Counted from the first letter of the stretch, positions 1 through 10,426 are shown. The stretch is 64,000 nucleotides of DNA from Gemmatimonadota bacterium (GCA_016209985.1 JACQVB010000022.1:1664-65663); one strand, 5' to 3'. The notes: generated by a model not told the origin, from the letters alone. A program made the numbers and translations.

Positions 1-2
1 GC

Positions 3-1382
3 GCTGATCTTCAATCCTTAGGTCGCCCCTTCGCGGTTCCCCTGGGCAGCCGCAGCGAGACCGGGCGGCTGTTCCGGCTGCGCCCCGAGCCCAACCGACC
101 CACCGTCTACTTCATCGACCATCCCGGGTACTTCGACCGGGCGGGGGTCTACGGCGAGTCGGGCGTGGACTACCCGGACAATGTCCGCCGCTTCGGCTTC
201 TTCAGCGCGGCCGCCGTGCAGGTCCTGCCACTGGTCGCGCCCGAGGCGGCGATCCTTCACCTTCATGATTGGCACCCGGCGTTGGCGTCGGTATCGGTCA
301 GGGTCCACCACGGTGGTGAGTCGTATTACGACCGCTTGGGGCTGGTGCTCACGGTGCACAATGCCGGCTTCCAGGGCCATTTCCCGTTCGAGAGCCTGCG
401 TGAGCTGGGCTTGCCGGAGAGTCTCTACCATTGGCGCTGGCTGGAATGGTATGGCCGGGTGAACTGGCTCAAGGGAGCGCTGGCGTTTGCCGATCGGATC
501 ACCACGGTGAGCCCGACCCACGCCCGCGAGCTGCGGACCGAGGCCGGCGGGTTCGGCCTGCACGGAGCATTTCGCGATCTGGAAGATCGTCTCATCGGGA
601 TCGTCAATGGGATCGATGCCGACTGCTGGAACCCGGCCACCGATCCGAGCATTGCCGCGCGGTACTCCTTCTCCCACCTGGACGGGAAACGTCGCTGCAA
701 GACCGAGCTGCAGGCCGCCTACCGGCTGGAGGTCGAGGAGCGCGTCCCGCTCATTGCCATGACCGCGCGACTCGTAAGCCAGAAGGGATTGCCTATCATT
801 CTCGAGGCGTTGCCGTCCCTGGCGCGAGACGCCCAGTTCGTGTTCCTGGGCCAGGGAGACGCGCGTTTCGAGCAGGCCCTGAGAACCCTCGCCGCGGTGC
901 ATCCAACGCGCATCGCCGTCGATCATGATTTCCATGATCTCGCGGAACACCGGCTCCTCGCCGGCGCGGACCTGCTGCTCATGCCCTCGCTGTATGAGCC
1001 CTGCGGGCTGACCCAGATGCGCGCCCTTCGCTACGGTGCCATCCCGGTGGCGCGAAACGTGGGAGGGCTGGCCGATACCGTTGAGTCCGGTATCACGGGA
1101 TTCCTGTTCGACGAGTACAGCGCGGCGGCGCTGGAGCGCGCGGTGCGTGGCGCGCTCGACCTCTATGCGACCCCGGCTACCTGGCGCAAGTTCGTACGCG
1201 CCGGCATGGTCCGCGATTTCAGCTGGATCCGTCCGGTGGCCGATTATCTCGAGGTCTATCGGCAGGCGTGGCGCGCCAGCCCCCGGCGCGAGCCGCGGCC
1301 GCGCGGCGGTGCGCGACGTATCGCTGGCACCGCGGAAGCGGTGGCGCGGCCGGCCGCGACCCCGACGGTCGCCACGCGGTAG
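3..1382 (+). CDS. glgA: Glycogen synthase (GT5), 5' end outside window
   Basis: Frame is open from the window start. Translation carries HLHDWH, TVSPTHAREL, NGID..WNP and MPSLYEPCGLTQM motifs typical of bacterial GlgA. Confidence 0.9.
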   Translation, partial: ADLQSLGRPFAVPLGSRSETGRLFRLRPEPNRPTVYFIDHPGYFDRAGVYGESGVDYPDNVRRFGFFSAAAVQVLPLVAPEAAILHLHDWHPALASVSVRVHHGGESYYDRLGLVLTVHNAGFQGHFPFESLRELGLPESLYHWRWLEWYGRVNWLKGALAFADRITTVSPTHARELRTEAGGFGLHGAFRDLEDRLIGIVNGIDADCWNPATDPSIAARYSFSHLDGKRRCKTELQAAYRLEVEERVPLIAMTARLVSQKGLPIILEALPSLARDAQFVFLGQGDARFEQALRTLAAVHPTRIAVDHDFHDLAEHRLLAGADLLLMPSLYEPCGLTQMRALRYGAIPVARNVGGLADTVESGITGFLFDEYSAAALERAVRGALDLYATPATWRKFVRAGMVRDFSWIRPVADYLEVYRQAWRASPRREPRPRGGARRIAGTAEAVARPAATPTVATR

Positions 1383-1395
1383 GCCGGCAACCGGC

Positions 1396-3585
1396 ATGTG
1401 GGGCCCGGCCGTCTCCACCCTATCCCGCGCCAGCAAAGAGGTCGTGCGTCCGGTTCAGCTTCCGGAACGGATCAAGGGGTTGCAGGCGATCGCAACCAAC
1501 TTGTCATGGAGCTGGGACGCCGACGCCCGCGCGCTGTTCCGCCGGATCGATAACACCCTCTGGTACCTCACCCGCCACAACCCGATCAGTCTGCTGCAGC
1601 GCACTCCGGTGGAGCGGCTGGCCGTGTGCGCCGAAGATCCGGAGTTTCTCGCCCACTACGATCGCGTGCTCGCGGGTCTCGAGCGCCTCAGCTCGAACGC
1701 CGGTACCTGGTTCGGAACGGCCTACGGCGATCTCGCGGCCGGGCCGATCGCCTATTTTTGCGCCGAGTTCGGCCTGCACAATTCGGTTCCCATCTACTCC
1801 GGCGGGTTGGGAATCCTGGCCGGGGACCACTGCAAGTCGGCCTCCGACCTCGGCGTGCCGCTGGTGGGCGTCGGCCTGTTCTACACTCGCGGCTACTTCG
1901 ATCAGCGGCTGCGGATCGACGGCTGGCAGGAGGACGCGGACGAAACCTTCGACCCCGCCACCACCCCACTCGCTCCGGTGCGCGGGCCCGCGGGGGAGCT
2001 CTACCTCACCACGGTGCAGGCCTCGGGGCGTACGGTCCATGTCGGCGCGTGGAAGGCGACCGTGGGACGAATCCCGGTCTATCTGCTCGACACCGACCTG
2101 GAAGAGAACGATCCCGCCGACCGACAGGTCCTGAGACAACTCTACGCCGGAGGACCCGAGCTGCGGCTGCGGCAGGAGTGGATCCTCGGCGTCGGTGGCG
2201 TGCGGGTGCTTCGCACCCTCGGCATTCAGCCGGCCGGCTGGCATGCCAACGAAGGACACGCGGCGTTCATGTTTCTCGAGCGGCTGCGGGAGCTCACGCG
2301 CCAGGGTGTTTCACTGAATGAGGCCGTGCGGCGGGTGCGGGCCACCAGTTTGTTCACCACCCACACTCCGGTGCCGGCAGGTCACGACGTCTTCTCCCAC
2401 GAACAGGTCGAGCGGTGTGCCGGCCGGCTGTGGGAAGAGATGGGTGTGAGGCGCTCGGATCTCCTTGCGCTCGGGCGGAATCCCGCGGCCGCTGAGCGCA
2501 CCTTTCATATGACCGCCGCCGCCATCCGGCTCTCGGGCCGGGTGAACGGCGTGGCGGCGCGGCACGGGGAGGAGACCCGCAGGATCTGGGGCGACCTCTG
2601 GCCCCGGCGCGAGCCATCGCGACTCCCGATCGTCCACGTGACCAACGGCGTCCATCTCGGCACCTGGATGGCGCAGCCCCTCAAGGATTTCCTGGACCGC
2701 AGCCTCGGGGCGGGATGGTCCCGCATGGCGGACGACCAGCAGCCCTGGGACCGCGTGTTGTCGCTCGATTCTGCCGCGCTGTGGGAGGTGCATCTCCGGC
2801 TCAAGGCGTTTCTGCTCAATTTCATCCGCGAGGAAGCGCGCGACCGCTGGGCCGCGTACTGGCGGGAGCCGGCGCACGTGGTGGGCGCCGGCACCTTGCT
2901 CTCCTCGGGTGCCCTGACCATCGGCTTCGCCCGGCGATTCGCCACCTACAAACGGGCGGATCTCATCTTTCGCGATCGAGACCGGCTGCGGCGGCTGCTC
3001 GTCAACCGGCGGCAACCGGTACAGATCATCTTCGCCGGAAAGGCGCATCCCGCCGACGAGCCGGGAAAGAAGATCCTGCAGGAGATCCATGCGTTCACCC
3101 GGGACCCTTCCTTCGAAGGACGCATCGCCTTTCTGGAAGACTACGAAATGCATCTGGCGCACCGGCTGGTGCAGGGCGTGGACCTCTGGCTCAACCTGCC
3201 GCGGCCCCCGCTCGAGGCGTGTGGCACGAGCGGCATGAAAGCGGGGCTGAACGCGGTGCCCCAACTCTCCACCGCCGATGGTTGGTGGGCGGAGGCGTAC
3301 AACGGAATGAACGGATGGCTGATTCCGCCCGCTCCTGCCGGCGTAGATCCCGATGCCTTCGACGCGGAGCAGTTCTACCGGCTGCTGGAAACCGAAGTCG
3401 TTCCGCTGTTCTACGACCGCGGTGAGCGGCGCGTGCCGGTCGCGTGGGTGGAGCGCATGAAGCAGGCGTTGCGGGTAACCGGAGAGCGGTTCACGGCCAA
3501 CCGGATGGTTCGCGAGTACGCCCGCGGGTGTTACCTGCCCTGGCTCCGGGGCGAGCCATTCAACGACGATCCCCCAGTCGCGTGA
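1396..3585 (+). CDS. Alpha-glucan (glycogen/maltodextrin) phosphorylase family, GT35
   Basis: ATG at 1396 lies just after the glgA stop. IAYFCAEFGLH, SGGLGILAGDH and CGTSGMKAGLN (PLP-lysine region) motifs are present. The upstream part of the 849-aa ORF overlaps glgA and is Arg-rich artefact. Confidence 0.85.
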   Translation: MWGPAVSTLSRASKEVVRPVQLPERIKGLQAIATNLSWSWDADARALFRRIDNTLWYLTRHNPISLLQRTPVERLAVCAEDPEFLAHYDRVLAGLERLSSNAGTWFGTAYGDLAAGPIAYFCAEFGLHNSVPIYSGGLGILAGDHCKSASDLGVPLVGVGLFYTRGYFDQRLRIDGWQEDADETFDPATTPLAPVRGPAGELYLTTVQASGRTVHVGAWKATVGRIPVYLLDTDLEENDPADRQVLRQLYAGGPELRLRQEWILGVGGVRVLRTLGIQPAGWHANEGHAAFMFLERLRELTRQGVSLNEAVRRVRATSLFTTHTPVPAGHDVFSHEQVERCAGRLWEEMGVRRSDLLALGRNPAAAERTFHMTAAAIRLSGRVNGVAARHGEETRRIWGDLWPRREPSRLPIVHVTNGVHLGTWMAQPLKDFLDRSLGAGWSRMADDQQPWDRVLSLDSAALWEVHLRLKAFLLNFIREEARDRWAAYWREPAHVVGAGTLLSSGALTIGFARRFATYKRADLIFRDRDRLRRLLVNRRQPVQIIFAGKAHPADEPGKKILQEIHAFTRDPSFEGRIAFLEDYEMHLAHRLVQGVDLWLNLPRPPLEACGTSGMKAGLNAVPQLSTADGWWAEAYNGMNGWLIPPAPAGVDPDAFDAEQFYRLLETEVVPLFYDRGERRVPVAWVERMKQALRVTGERFTANRMVREYARGCYLPWLRGEPFNDDPPVA

Positions 3586-3588
3586 AGG

Positions 3589-3786
3589 CTAGCTTCGCTT
3601 GCCGTCTCCGCCCAACTCACGCTTCGCCTGTAACCAGTCCTCCAGCTCGTGGCCGGGCTCGCCGCCGCGGAGTTGCGAGATCTCGTAGGCGCGCTCGCGG
3701 ATCTCGCTCTCACTCGGCTCCGTGCCTGCCGGAGTCTTTTTCCCGGCGGCTTTGGCAGATCCTTTTTTCTTCCGCTCTGTGGGCAT
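3589..3786 (-). CDS. Small DUF2934-like protein
   Basis: 65 aa. IRERAYEIS...GHELEDWLQAKRE resembles the DUF2934 consensus recalled from memory. Confidence 0.55.
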   Translation of the reverse strand: MPTERKKKGSAKAAGKKTPAGTEPSESEIRERAYEISQLRGGEPGHELEDWLQAKRELGGDGKRS

Positions 3787-3809
3787 GGAGTAGTCCTTTG
3801 TAGTGAGCG

Positions 3810-4889
3810 TTAGTCTCCCATGCTGATTCCCAACTCCCTCGCGGTCGTCACCGTGTCGCTGTCGGGGCGGACCAGCCGCAGTCCGGTCACCGCCTGGCTG
3901 AGCGGCACGGTCGAGATTCCACCGGTGCCGAAGGACACCATGGTCTCAAGATGGCCGTCGGCCACGGCCCGGACCGCGGCCGCGCCCAGCCGGAGAGCGA
4001 GCAGCCGGTCGAACGTGGTCGGGCCGCCCCCGCGCTGGAGGTGGCCCAGGGTGAGGGTCCGCGTTTCCTTGCCGGTCCGCTCCGCGATGGCACGTGCCAC
4101 CGGTTCGGCGATACCACCCAGTCGCTCGACGGTTCCGGCGCCGGCCGCCTCCCGGATGACGGCGCTGCCGCCGCGCGGTAGCGCACCTTCGGCCACCACC
4201 ACGATGCTGAAGCGCCGGCCCTCGCGCTCGCGCCGCTGAATCTTCTGCCCCACGCTCTCGAGATCGAACGGGATCTCGGGAATCAGAATGACGTCGGCGC
4301 CGCCCGCCAGGCCGGCATGCAGCGCGATCCACCCGGCATTCCGCCCCATCACTTCCACGACCATGACGCGTTCGTGGCTCTCGGCCGTCGAATGCAGCCG
4401 GTCGATCGCTTCACTGGCGATCGACACCGCCGTGTCGAACCCGAACGACGCCGCTGTTCCGTTCAGGTCGTTGTCGATGGTCTTGGGGATCCCGACCACG
4501 TGGAGCCCCTTGCGCGAGAGATCCAGTCCGATGCGCAAGGTGCCGTCGCCGCCCACCAGGATGAGCACGTCCATGCCGAGCTTCCGGCACTTTTCGATCA
4601 CTTCATCCGAGCGGTCGACTTCGGCGGTGCTACCGCGCGCGTCGGTCTCGGCCCACCGGAACGGATTCCCCCGGTTGGTCGTGCCCAGGATGGTCCCGCC
4701 CAGGTGGGCGATGCCACGTACGTCCGCGCGCGTGAACAGCGTCGGCTCGGGCCCGTCCAGCAGGCTGGCGAACCCCCGGCGGATTCCGAGCACCTCCCAA
4801 TCGCGATGGAGCGCCGAGAGAACCACGCCGCGAATCGCCGCGTTCAGGCCCGGTGCGTCACCGCCGCCGGTGGAGACACCAACCCGCAA
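3810..4889 (-). CDS. pfkA: 6-phosphofructokinase
   Basis: GGDAPGLNAAIRG, VGGDGT and PKTIDND motifs. Confidence 0.9.
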   Translation of the reverse strand: MRVGVSTGGGDAPGLNAAIRGVVLSALHRDWEVLGIRRGFASLLDGPEPTLFTRADVRGIAHLGGTILGTTNRGNPFRWAETDARGSTAEVDRSDEVIEKCRKLGMDVLILVGGDGTLRIGLDLSRKGLHVVGIPKTIDNDLNGTAASFGFDTAVSIASEAIDRLHSTAESHERVMVVEVMGRNAGWIALHAGLAGGADVILIPEIPFDLESVGQKIQRREREGRRFSIVVVAEGALPRGGSAVIREAAGAGTVERLGGIAEPVARAIAERTGKETRTLTLGHLQRGGGPTTFDRLLALRLGAAAVRAVADGHLETMVSFGTGGISTVPLSQAVTGLRLVRPDSDTVTTARELGISMGD

Positions 4890-5113
4890 GGGACTCCCCC
4901 TTGGCTATTCGAACTCCCAATAATGATCACGGCGACCTTCAGAAACCGGCCAGGTTCGCACGAAAGAACATTCATGAAAGGCCCTCCCTTCGAAAGTACG
5001 CCCCATCCCGCTCCCCCTTCCAGTACCGCGGGGCGCGAACCGGCGTCCGGCATAGCGAAAACCACTATATGGCGCGGCCCCGCCCCGGCCAGTACGTTGG
5101 GGTGTTCACGCTC

Positions 5114-6259
5114 ATGACCGAATCCGAGATTCCCCGCGCGCCCTCGGCTCCCGCTTCACGGTCGATCGTACTCGCCGCTTCCGCTCCCGAAGTCCAGAAG
5201 CTCGAGCAGAAGTACCGCGACATGGTGGAGCGCGCGCCCATCGGGGTGTACGAGTCGGTTCCCGACGGCCGACTCCTCACCGCGAATTCCGCCCTCGCCC
5301 GCATGCTGGGATACGACTCCGTGGCCGAGCTGCTCCAGACCAACCTCTCGGCGATCTACGCCAATCCGCGCGAGCGCGAATTGCTGGTGGCGGCATTCGA
5401 GCGGGTCGGCACCTCCGCCGATCTCGAGCTCCAGTGGAAGCGGAAGGATGGCCAGCCCGTCTGGGTCCAGGTCAACGCGCACACGGTGGTCCACCCGGCT
5501 GACGGCTCGCTCCGCTTCGAAGGGTTCGTGCGGGATATCACCGTCCGCCGGCGCACGGAGCAGGAGCTGCGCGCGCATCGGGAGGAGTTGGGCGCCCTCT
5601 CCCAACGCCTCATCGAAGTACAGGAAACCGAGCGCCGCTCCCTCGCCCGCGAGCTGCACGATGAAGTAGGCCAGCTCCTCACCGCCCTCAAGCTCACCCT
5701 GCAGGCGGTGCAGCGCTCCCGCTCGATGGCCCGCACCCGCGCGCTGGTGCGCGAGGGACTCGGCCTCCTGGACCAGTGCCTCCAGCAGGTCCGTTCGCTC
5801 TCCCTCGAGCTGCGACCCTCGCTGCTGGACGATCTCGGCCTCGGTCCCGCGCTGCGGTGGTATCTGGACCGCCAGTCCGAGCGGGCCGGATTCGCCGCGC
5901 ACCTGGAAGACCAGCTCAATGACCGCCGGCTGCCCAGCGAGGTCGAGACCACCTGCTATCGGGTGGCGCAGGAAGCGCTCACCAACGTCGCCCGGCACGC
6001 GCGCGCCAGAGAGGTCCGCGTCACGCTCGCCCAACGGGATGGCCACGTGCAGCTCCGTATCCGCGACGATGGGGTCGGCTTCGATGTCGCGCACGGGCGG
6101 GAACGTGCCGCCGCCGGTGAGTCCCTGGGGCTGCTGAGCATGGAGGAGCGAGTCTCGTTGGCGGGCGGCACGTTTGAAGTGCGCTCGACCCCGGGGAGCG
6201 GCAGCGAGGTCCGGGTCGAGCTCCCGATAGGTCCCGCCGGAGCGGGTAGGGTGCCATGA
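5114..6259 (+). CDS. PAS sensor histidine kinase (HisKA_3/NarX-type)
   Basis: A PAS-like region is followed by the H-box LHDEVGQLL and an HATPase region (DDGVGF, GLLSMEER). Start could also be 5069. The stop overlaps the next gene (ATGA). Confidence 0.8.
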   Translation: MTESEIPRAPSAPASRSIVLAASAPEVQKLEQKYRDMVERAPIGVYESVPDGRLLTANSALARMLGYDSVAELLQTNLSAIYANPRERELLVAAFERVGTSADLELQWKRKDGQPVWVQVNAHTVVHPADGSLRFEGFVRDITVRRRTEQELRAHREELGALSQRLIEVQETERRSLARELHDEVGQLLTALKLTLQAVQRSRSMARTRALVREGLGLLDQCLQQVRSLSLELRPSLLDDLGLGPALRWYLDRQSERAGFAAHLEDQLNDRRLPSEVETTCYRVAQEALTNVARHARAREVRVTLAQRDGHVQLRIRDDGVGFDVAHGRERAAAGESLGLLSMEERVSLAGGTFEVRSTPGSGSEVRVELPIGPAGAGRVP

Positions 6260-6906
6260 CCCAGGCGATGAAAGTGCTCCTCGCCGAAGACCACACGCTG
6301 GTTCGCGCGGGAATCCGTTCGTTGCTCGCGGAGCTGCCCTGGGTGCAGGTGGTGGGCGAGGCGTCGGACGGCAGAGAGGCGCTCCGCCAAGTTGCCGAGC
6401 TCCAGCCCGACCTGGTTCTCATGGATATCACCATGGCCGGCCTCAACGGTCTCGACGCCACCGAGCGCATCGCGCAGGATCACCCCTCGGTTCGGGTCAT
6501 CATTCTGTCGATGCACGCCAGCGAAGAGTATGTCCGGCGGGCGCTGATCGTCGGGGCCGCCGGCTACGTCTTGAAGGACGCGGAAAAAGAAGAGCTCGAG
6601 TTGGCGCTCAAATCGGTGGCCCGCGGCGGGACCTATCTCAGCCCGCAGGTCTCCCGCCCCGTGATCTCGGACTACACCGAGCGCACCAGCCGGCACTCGC
6701 TCGAACGGCTCACCGCCCGCCAACGAGAGATTCTCCAGCTCATCGCCGAAGGCAACTCCACCAAGGACATTGCCCAGAACCTCGGGCTTTCGGTAAAGAC
6801 CGTGGAGACACACCGCGCACAGCTCATGGCGCGGCTCGACATTCATGACATAGCCGGGTTGGTGCGCTACGCGATCCGCGCCGGCATCGCGAGCTCGGAC
6901 GCGTGA
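6256..6906 (+). CDS. NarL/LuxR-family response regulator
   Basis: Receiver domain (VLLAEDH..DLVLMD) plus a LuxR HTH (LTARQREILQLIAEGNSTKDIA). Confidence 0.9.
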   Translation: MTQAMKVLLAEDHTLVRAGIRSLLAELPWVQVVGEASDGREALRQVAELQPDLVLMDITMAGLNGLDATERIAQDHPSVRVIILSMHASEEYVRRALIVGAAGYVLKDAEKEELELALKSVARGGTYLSPQVSRPVISDYTERTSRHSLERLTARQREILQLIAEGNSTKDIAQNLGLSVKTVETHRAQLMARLDIHDIAGLVRYAIRAGIASSDA

Positions 6907-7094
6907 CGGGGTGGATGGGATGTGGCGGGACGTCCACGTGGCGTGCGGCCAACAATCGTTGCGCCGGCGCCACGATGGACACGAACCAGACCACCCTGGG
7001 GATGGCGCCCGTGCAACAAGCCGCGCCGCTCTGCCGAAACCAAGACCCCACGCTGGTGTACGCCCCAGCTAAACGTCGTAACGGACGAATGCTC

Positions 7095-7125
7095 TTGCAC
7101 TTGGACGGTAGTCCACGGTTTAGGT
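7095..7125 (+). promoter_or_regulatory. Candidate MerR-type promoter with 19-bp spacer and internal dyad
   Basis: TTGCAC (7095-7100), a 19-nt spacer containing TGGAC-N4-GTCCA, then TTAGGT (7120-7125). It lies 8 nt before the merR-family ATG. Confidence 0.35.
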
Positions 7126-7132
7126 TGGAACG

Positions 7133-7555
7133 ATGACCGACCGCATCCGTATCGGAGAATTAGCAGAAGAAGCGGGGGTCTCCCGCGATACGATCAGGTT
7201 CTACGAACGGGCTGGTCTCTTGCCCAAGCCGCGTCGGACGGCGACGCGGCACCGCGTGTACGATCACGATGTCGCGCTACAAATTCGCTTCATTCGCCGC
7301 GCACAAGACCTCGGGTTGACCCTGGACGATATCCGCCAGCTGATCGAGCTGAGGGAGTCGGCCGGGGAAGGAGTTCCACGCGGAGTGGCCGAGATTCTGC
7401 GTGCCCGGCTTCAGACGGTGGAAACGCGCATCTCGAATGACGAGGCGTATCGCGAGCGTCTCGCCCTGGCCATTCAGCGAGCAGAGAGCGCCGAAGGCCA
7501 ATCGTTCTTCGCGGAGCTGGGGGCTGATGGCGACCACAACCTCAAGGAGGCCTGA
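7133..7555 (+). CDS. MerR-family transcriptional regulator (no Cys, so not an obvious metal sensor)
   Basis: N-terminal IGELAEEAGVSRDTIRFYERAGLL HTH followed by a coiled-coil region. Confidence 0.85.
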   Translation: MTDRIRIGELAEEAGVSRDTIRFYERAGLLPKPRRTATRHRVYDHDVALQIRFIRRAQDLGLTLDDIRQLIELRESAGEGVPRGVAEILRARLQTVETRISNDEAYRERLALAIQRAESAEGQSFFAELGADGDHNLKEA

Positions 7556-9797
7556 AGAAAAGACCGAGCGGGGACTGCTTCGTGTATTGCTGGTCGAAGA
7601 CGAGCCGGATGATGCCGAGCTGATCATACGTGAATTGCGCCGTGCCGGACTGGGATTCCGGTGGATTCGAGTAGACACCCGGCCCGACTATCTGGAAGCG
7701 CTGCGAGACCCTCCCGACGTCGTCCTTTCCGATCATACCCTGCCGCAGTTTTCCGCCATCGAGGCGTTGCGGCTGCTCCGGCAGCAGGGTTCCGACATCC
7801 CCTTCATTCTGGTGACCGGTACCCAGTCGGAGCAGGTGGCCGCGCAATGCCTCAAAGAGGGCGCCGACGACTACCTGCTCAAGGGCAACCTCCACCGGTT
7901 GCCCGCGGCCATCGCCAATGCGGTGCGGCGCCGCGAGGCTGAGCACGCCCGCATGCGCGCCGAGCAGGAGCGGCGCCAGACCGCCGAGCGCTACCGGGTC
8001 ATCTCCGAAGTGGCCTCGGATTTTGCGTACGCCGCCCGGGTGGAGCCCGACGGCAAGATCTCGCTCGAGTGGGTGACCGACGCCTTCACCCGGGTTACCG
8101 GCTACAGCTCCGGCGACTCGCTGGGCGGATTTACCGGCCGCCTGCTGCCCATTCATCCCGATGATTACGCGGCCGCGAGGGCGCACATCGAGCGCTTGCT
8201 CGCCGGGCACCCCGATGCCCGCGAATTCCGGATCCTGACCCGGAGCGGGGACGCGCGCTGGCTCGCGGTGCGCGCGCGGCCGGTCTGGGACGGTGCGCGC
8301 CTCCGCGTGACGCGGATCTACGGCGCGGCGCGTGATATCACCGAGCGCCAGCGCGCCGAGGTCGCGTTGCATCGCACCGCGGACCTGCTCCAGGCCATCG
8401 TCAATTCTTCGCCCTTCGCGATCGTGGCCTACGATCTCGATAACCGGATCCAGATGTGGAACGCGGCGGCGGAAAGGATGTTCGGGTGGACGGCGAGTGA
8501 AGTGCTCGGGTCAGAGCCGCCGCACCGGGTGCCGGCGGAGGGGGTCGAATTCCGGGAACTTCGCCGCCGGGTATTGGCCGGGGAGAGCGTGCGCGACGTG
8601 GAGGCGCGACGCCACAAGCGGGACGACGGCGAGCTGGACGTCACCATCTCCGCCGATCCGCTCCGTGATGCCAGCGGCAAGCTGATCGGCTGGGTAAATC
8701 TGCTTACCGACATTACCGAACGGAAACGCGCCCGGGAGCAGCTCGAGGAGCAGCGCCACGACCTGGCGGAAGCTCAGGAACTGGCCCACGTCGGCAGCTG
8801 GGTATGGGATATCAAGACCGGCGTGGCCCGCTGGTCGGCGGAGCTGGCTCGCATCCACGGGCTGGAGCCACGCGAGACCGAAACCGTGCGCGAGGCAGTA
8901 TTGGAGCGTATTCACCCGGACGATCGCGCCCGCGTCGCCGAGCTGATCGATACGGCCTTGCGGGACAAGGCCGGCTTCGCGTTTCAGTATCGCATCGTGC
9001 GGCCGGATGGGACGGAACGAATCCTGCAGACGCGGGGCGAGGTGGTAGTGGATAGTGCGGGTCAACCCATCAGGATGCGCGGTGCTGCGCAGGACATCAC
9101 TGAACAGAGCCAGGCACTCCAGGCCGTGGAAGCCGGACGGGAAGAGCTGCGCCAGCTCGCCCGCCGCCTGCAGCAGATCCGGGAGGAAGAGCGCGCCCGC
9201 ATTTCCCGGGAGATCCACGACGAGCTGGGCCAGTGCCTCACCGGTCTCAAGATGGATCTTGCCTGGGTGGGCACCAAGCTCAAACCGGGCCAGGAACCGC
9301 TGCGCGAGAGAAACGACGCCATGATCGGCCTGGTGGATTCCACGATCGATACCGTTCGCCGCATCGCGGCCGAGCTGCGCCCGGGCTTGCTGGACGACCT
9401 CGGCCTGCAGGCGGCCATGGAATGGCAGGCCAACGAGTTCACCCGGCGAGCCGGGGTGGACGTGACGCTGGAGCTGGAGGCCGGCGATGGCTCCCTGCCC
9501 CCCGAGGTCTCCACCGCCATCTTCCGCATCTTCCAGGAAGCGCTGACCAACGTGGCGCGGCATGCCTCCGCGCATCACGTGACCGCACGGCTGGCCCGGG
9601 ACGAAGGGGCGCTGCTGCTGTCCGTCCATGACGACGGGCGCGGCCTGTCCGAGGCTGACCGGCCCGGCCGGCGGTCCCTGGGCATACTCGGCATGCGCGA
9701 GCGCGCGCGAGCCTTGGGCGGCGATGTCACCGTCAACGGCGCGCCGGACCAAGGCACCACCGTGACCGCGCGGATACCGGTCTCATCTTACCTATGA
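7527..9797 (+). CDS. Hybrid receiver-PAS-histidine kinase (HisKA_3 type)
   Basis: ATG at 7527 gives MATTTS..RVLLVEDEPDD (receiver). Several PAS-like blocks follow, then H-box IHDELGQCL and an HATPase region (HDDGRGL, GILGMRER). It overlaps the merR-family 3' end. Confidence 0.85.
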   Translation: MATTTSRRPEEKTERGLLRVLLVEDEPDDAELIIRELRRAGLGFRWIRVDTRPDYLEALRDPPDVVLSDHTLPQFSAIEALRLLRQQGSDIPFILVTGTQSEQVAAQCLKEGADDYLLKGNLHRLPAAIANAVRRREAEHARMRAEQERRQTAERYRVISEVASDFAYAARVEPDGKISLEWVTDAFTRVTGYSSGDSLGGFTGRLLPIHPDDYAAARAHIERLLAGHPDAREFRILTRSGDARWLAVRARPVWDGARLRVTRIYGAARDITERQRAEVALHRTADLLQAIVNSSPFAIVAYDLDNRIQMWNAAAERMFGWTASEVLGSEPPHRVPAEGVEFRELRRRVLAGESVRDVEARRHKRDDGELDVTISADPLRDASGKLIGWVNLLTDITERKRAREQLEEQRHDLAEAQELAHVGSWVWDIKTGVARWSAELARIHGLEPRETETVREAVLERIHPDDRARVAELIDTALRDKAGFAFQYRIVRPDGTERILQTRGEVVVDSAGQPIRMRGAAQDITEQSQALQAVEAGREELRQLARRLQQIREEERARISREIHDELGQCLTGLKMDLAWVGTKLKPGQEPLRERNDAMIGLVDSTIDTVRRIAAELRPGLLDDLGLQAAMEWQANEFTRRAGVDVTLELEAGDGSLPPEVSTAIFRIFQEALTNVARHASAHHVTARLARDEGALLLSVHDDGRGLSEADRPGRRSLGILGMRERARALGGDVTVNGAPDQGTTVTARIPVSSYL

Positions 9798-10426
9798 TCA
9801 AGATTCTGATTGCGGACGATCATCCGGTCGTCCGCGAAGGCCTCCGCCGCATTCTCAGCGAGAACCGCGATTTTTCGCTGGTCGGCGAAGCGAAAAACGG
9901 CACCGAAACCGTCGATCTGGTCGGCAAGACCCAGCCCGACGTCCTGCTGCTCGATCTGGCCATGCCCGGTCCCGGATTTCTGGAAGTGCTGGAGCGGCTC
10001 AAGACCGCCCGCCCCACCACGAAGGTGCTGGTGATCTCGGCGCACGCTGAAGATCAGTACGCGCTTCGGGTGCTCAAGGCCGGCGCGGCGGGATACCTCA
10101 GCAAGGATCACACGCCCCAGGAGCTGGTCGGGGCCGTTCGGCAAGTGGTCAAGTCGGGGCGATACGTGAGCCCCAGGCTCGCCGAGCAGTTTGCCGCCGA
10201 GATGACCGGCGAACGTCCCGGATCGAATCATTCCAAGCTGTCCAACCGGGAATATCAGATTCTCTGCCTCATTGGCGCCGGCAAGAGTGTGAAGGAAATC
10301 GCGGGACAGACGTCGCTGAGCCCCAAGACCGTGAGCACCTATCGCACCCGGTTGATGGAAAAGCTCAGGTTGAAGACCACGGCTGATGTGATCCGGTATG
10401 CGGTGGAGAATGGACTCGTCGCGTAA
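9794..10426 (+). CDS. NarL/LuxR-family response regulator
   Basis: Receiver domain plus LuxR HTH (LSNREYQILCLIGAGKSVKEIA). ATGA overlap with the upstream kinase. Confidence 0.9.
   Translation: MIKILIADDHPVVREGLRRILSENRDFSLVGEAKNGTETVDLVGKTQPDVLLLDLAMPGPGFLEVLERLKTARPTTKVLVISAHAEDQYALRVLKAGAAGYLSKDHTPQELVGAVRQVVKSGRYVSPRLAEQFAAEMTGERPGSNHSKLSNREYQILCLIGAGKSVKEIAGQTSLSPKTVSTYRTRLMEKLRLKTTADVIRYAVENGLVA

Noticed and set aside
18-1436. Long antisense or alternative-frame ORFs. Examples: 18-1436(-), 1268-2134(+), 15051-16499(-), 24834-26399(+), 34010-35893(-), 36551-38098(-), 45504-46772(+), 48190-49932(+), 51389-53404(+), 55972-56952(+).
   Set aside because: Each overlaps a gene on the other strand or frame that has clear family motifs. 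Their translations are Arg/Pro/Gly/Ala-rich low-complexity sequence typical of spurious open frames in high-GC DNA.
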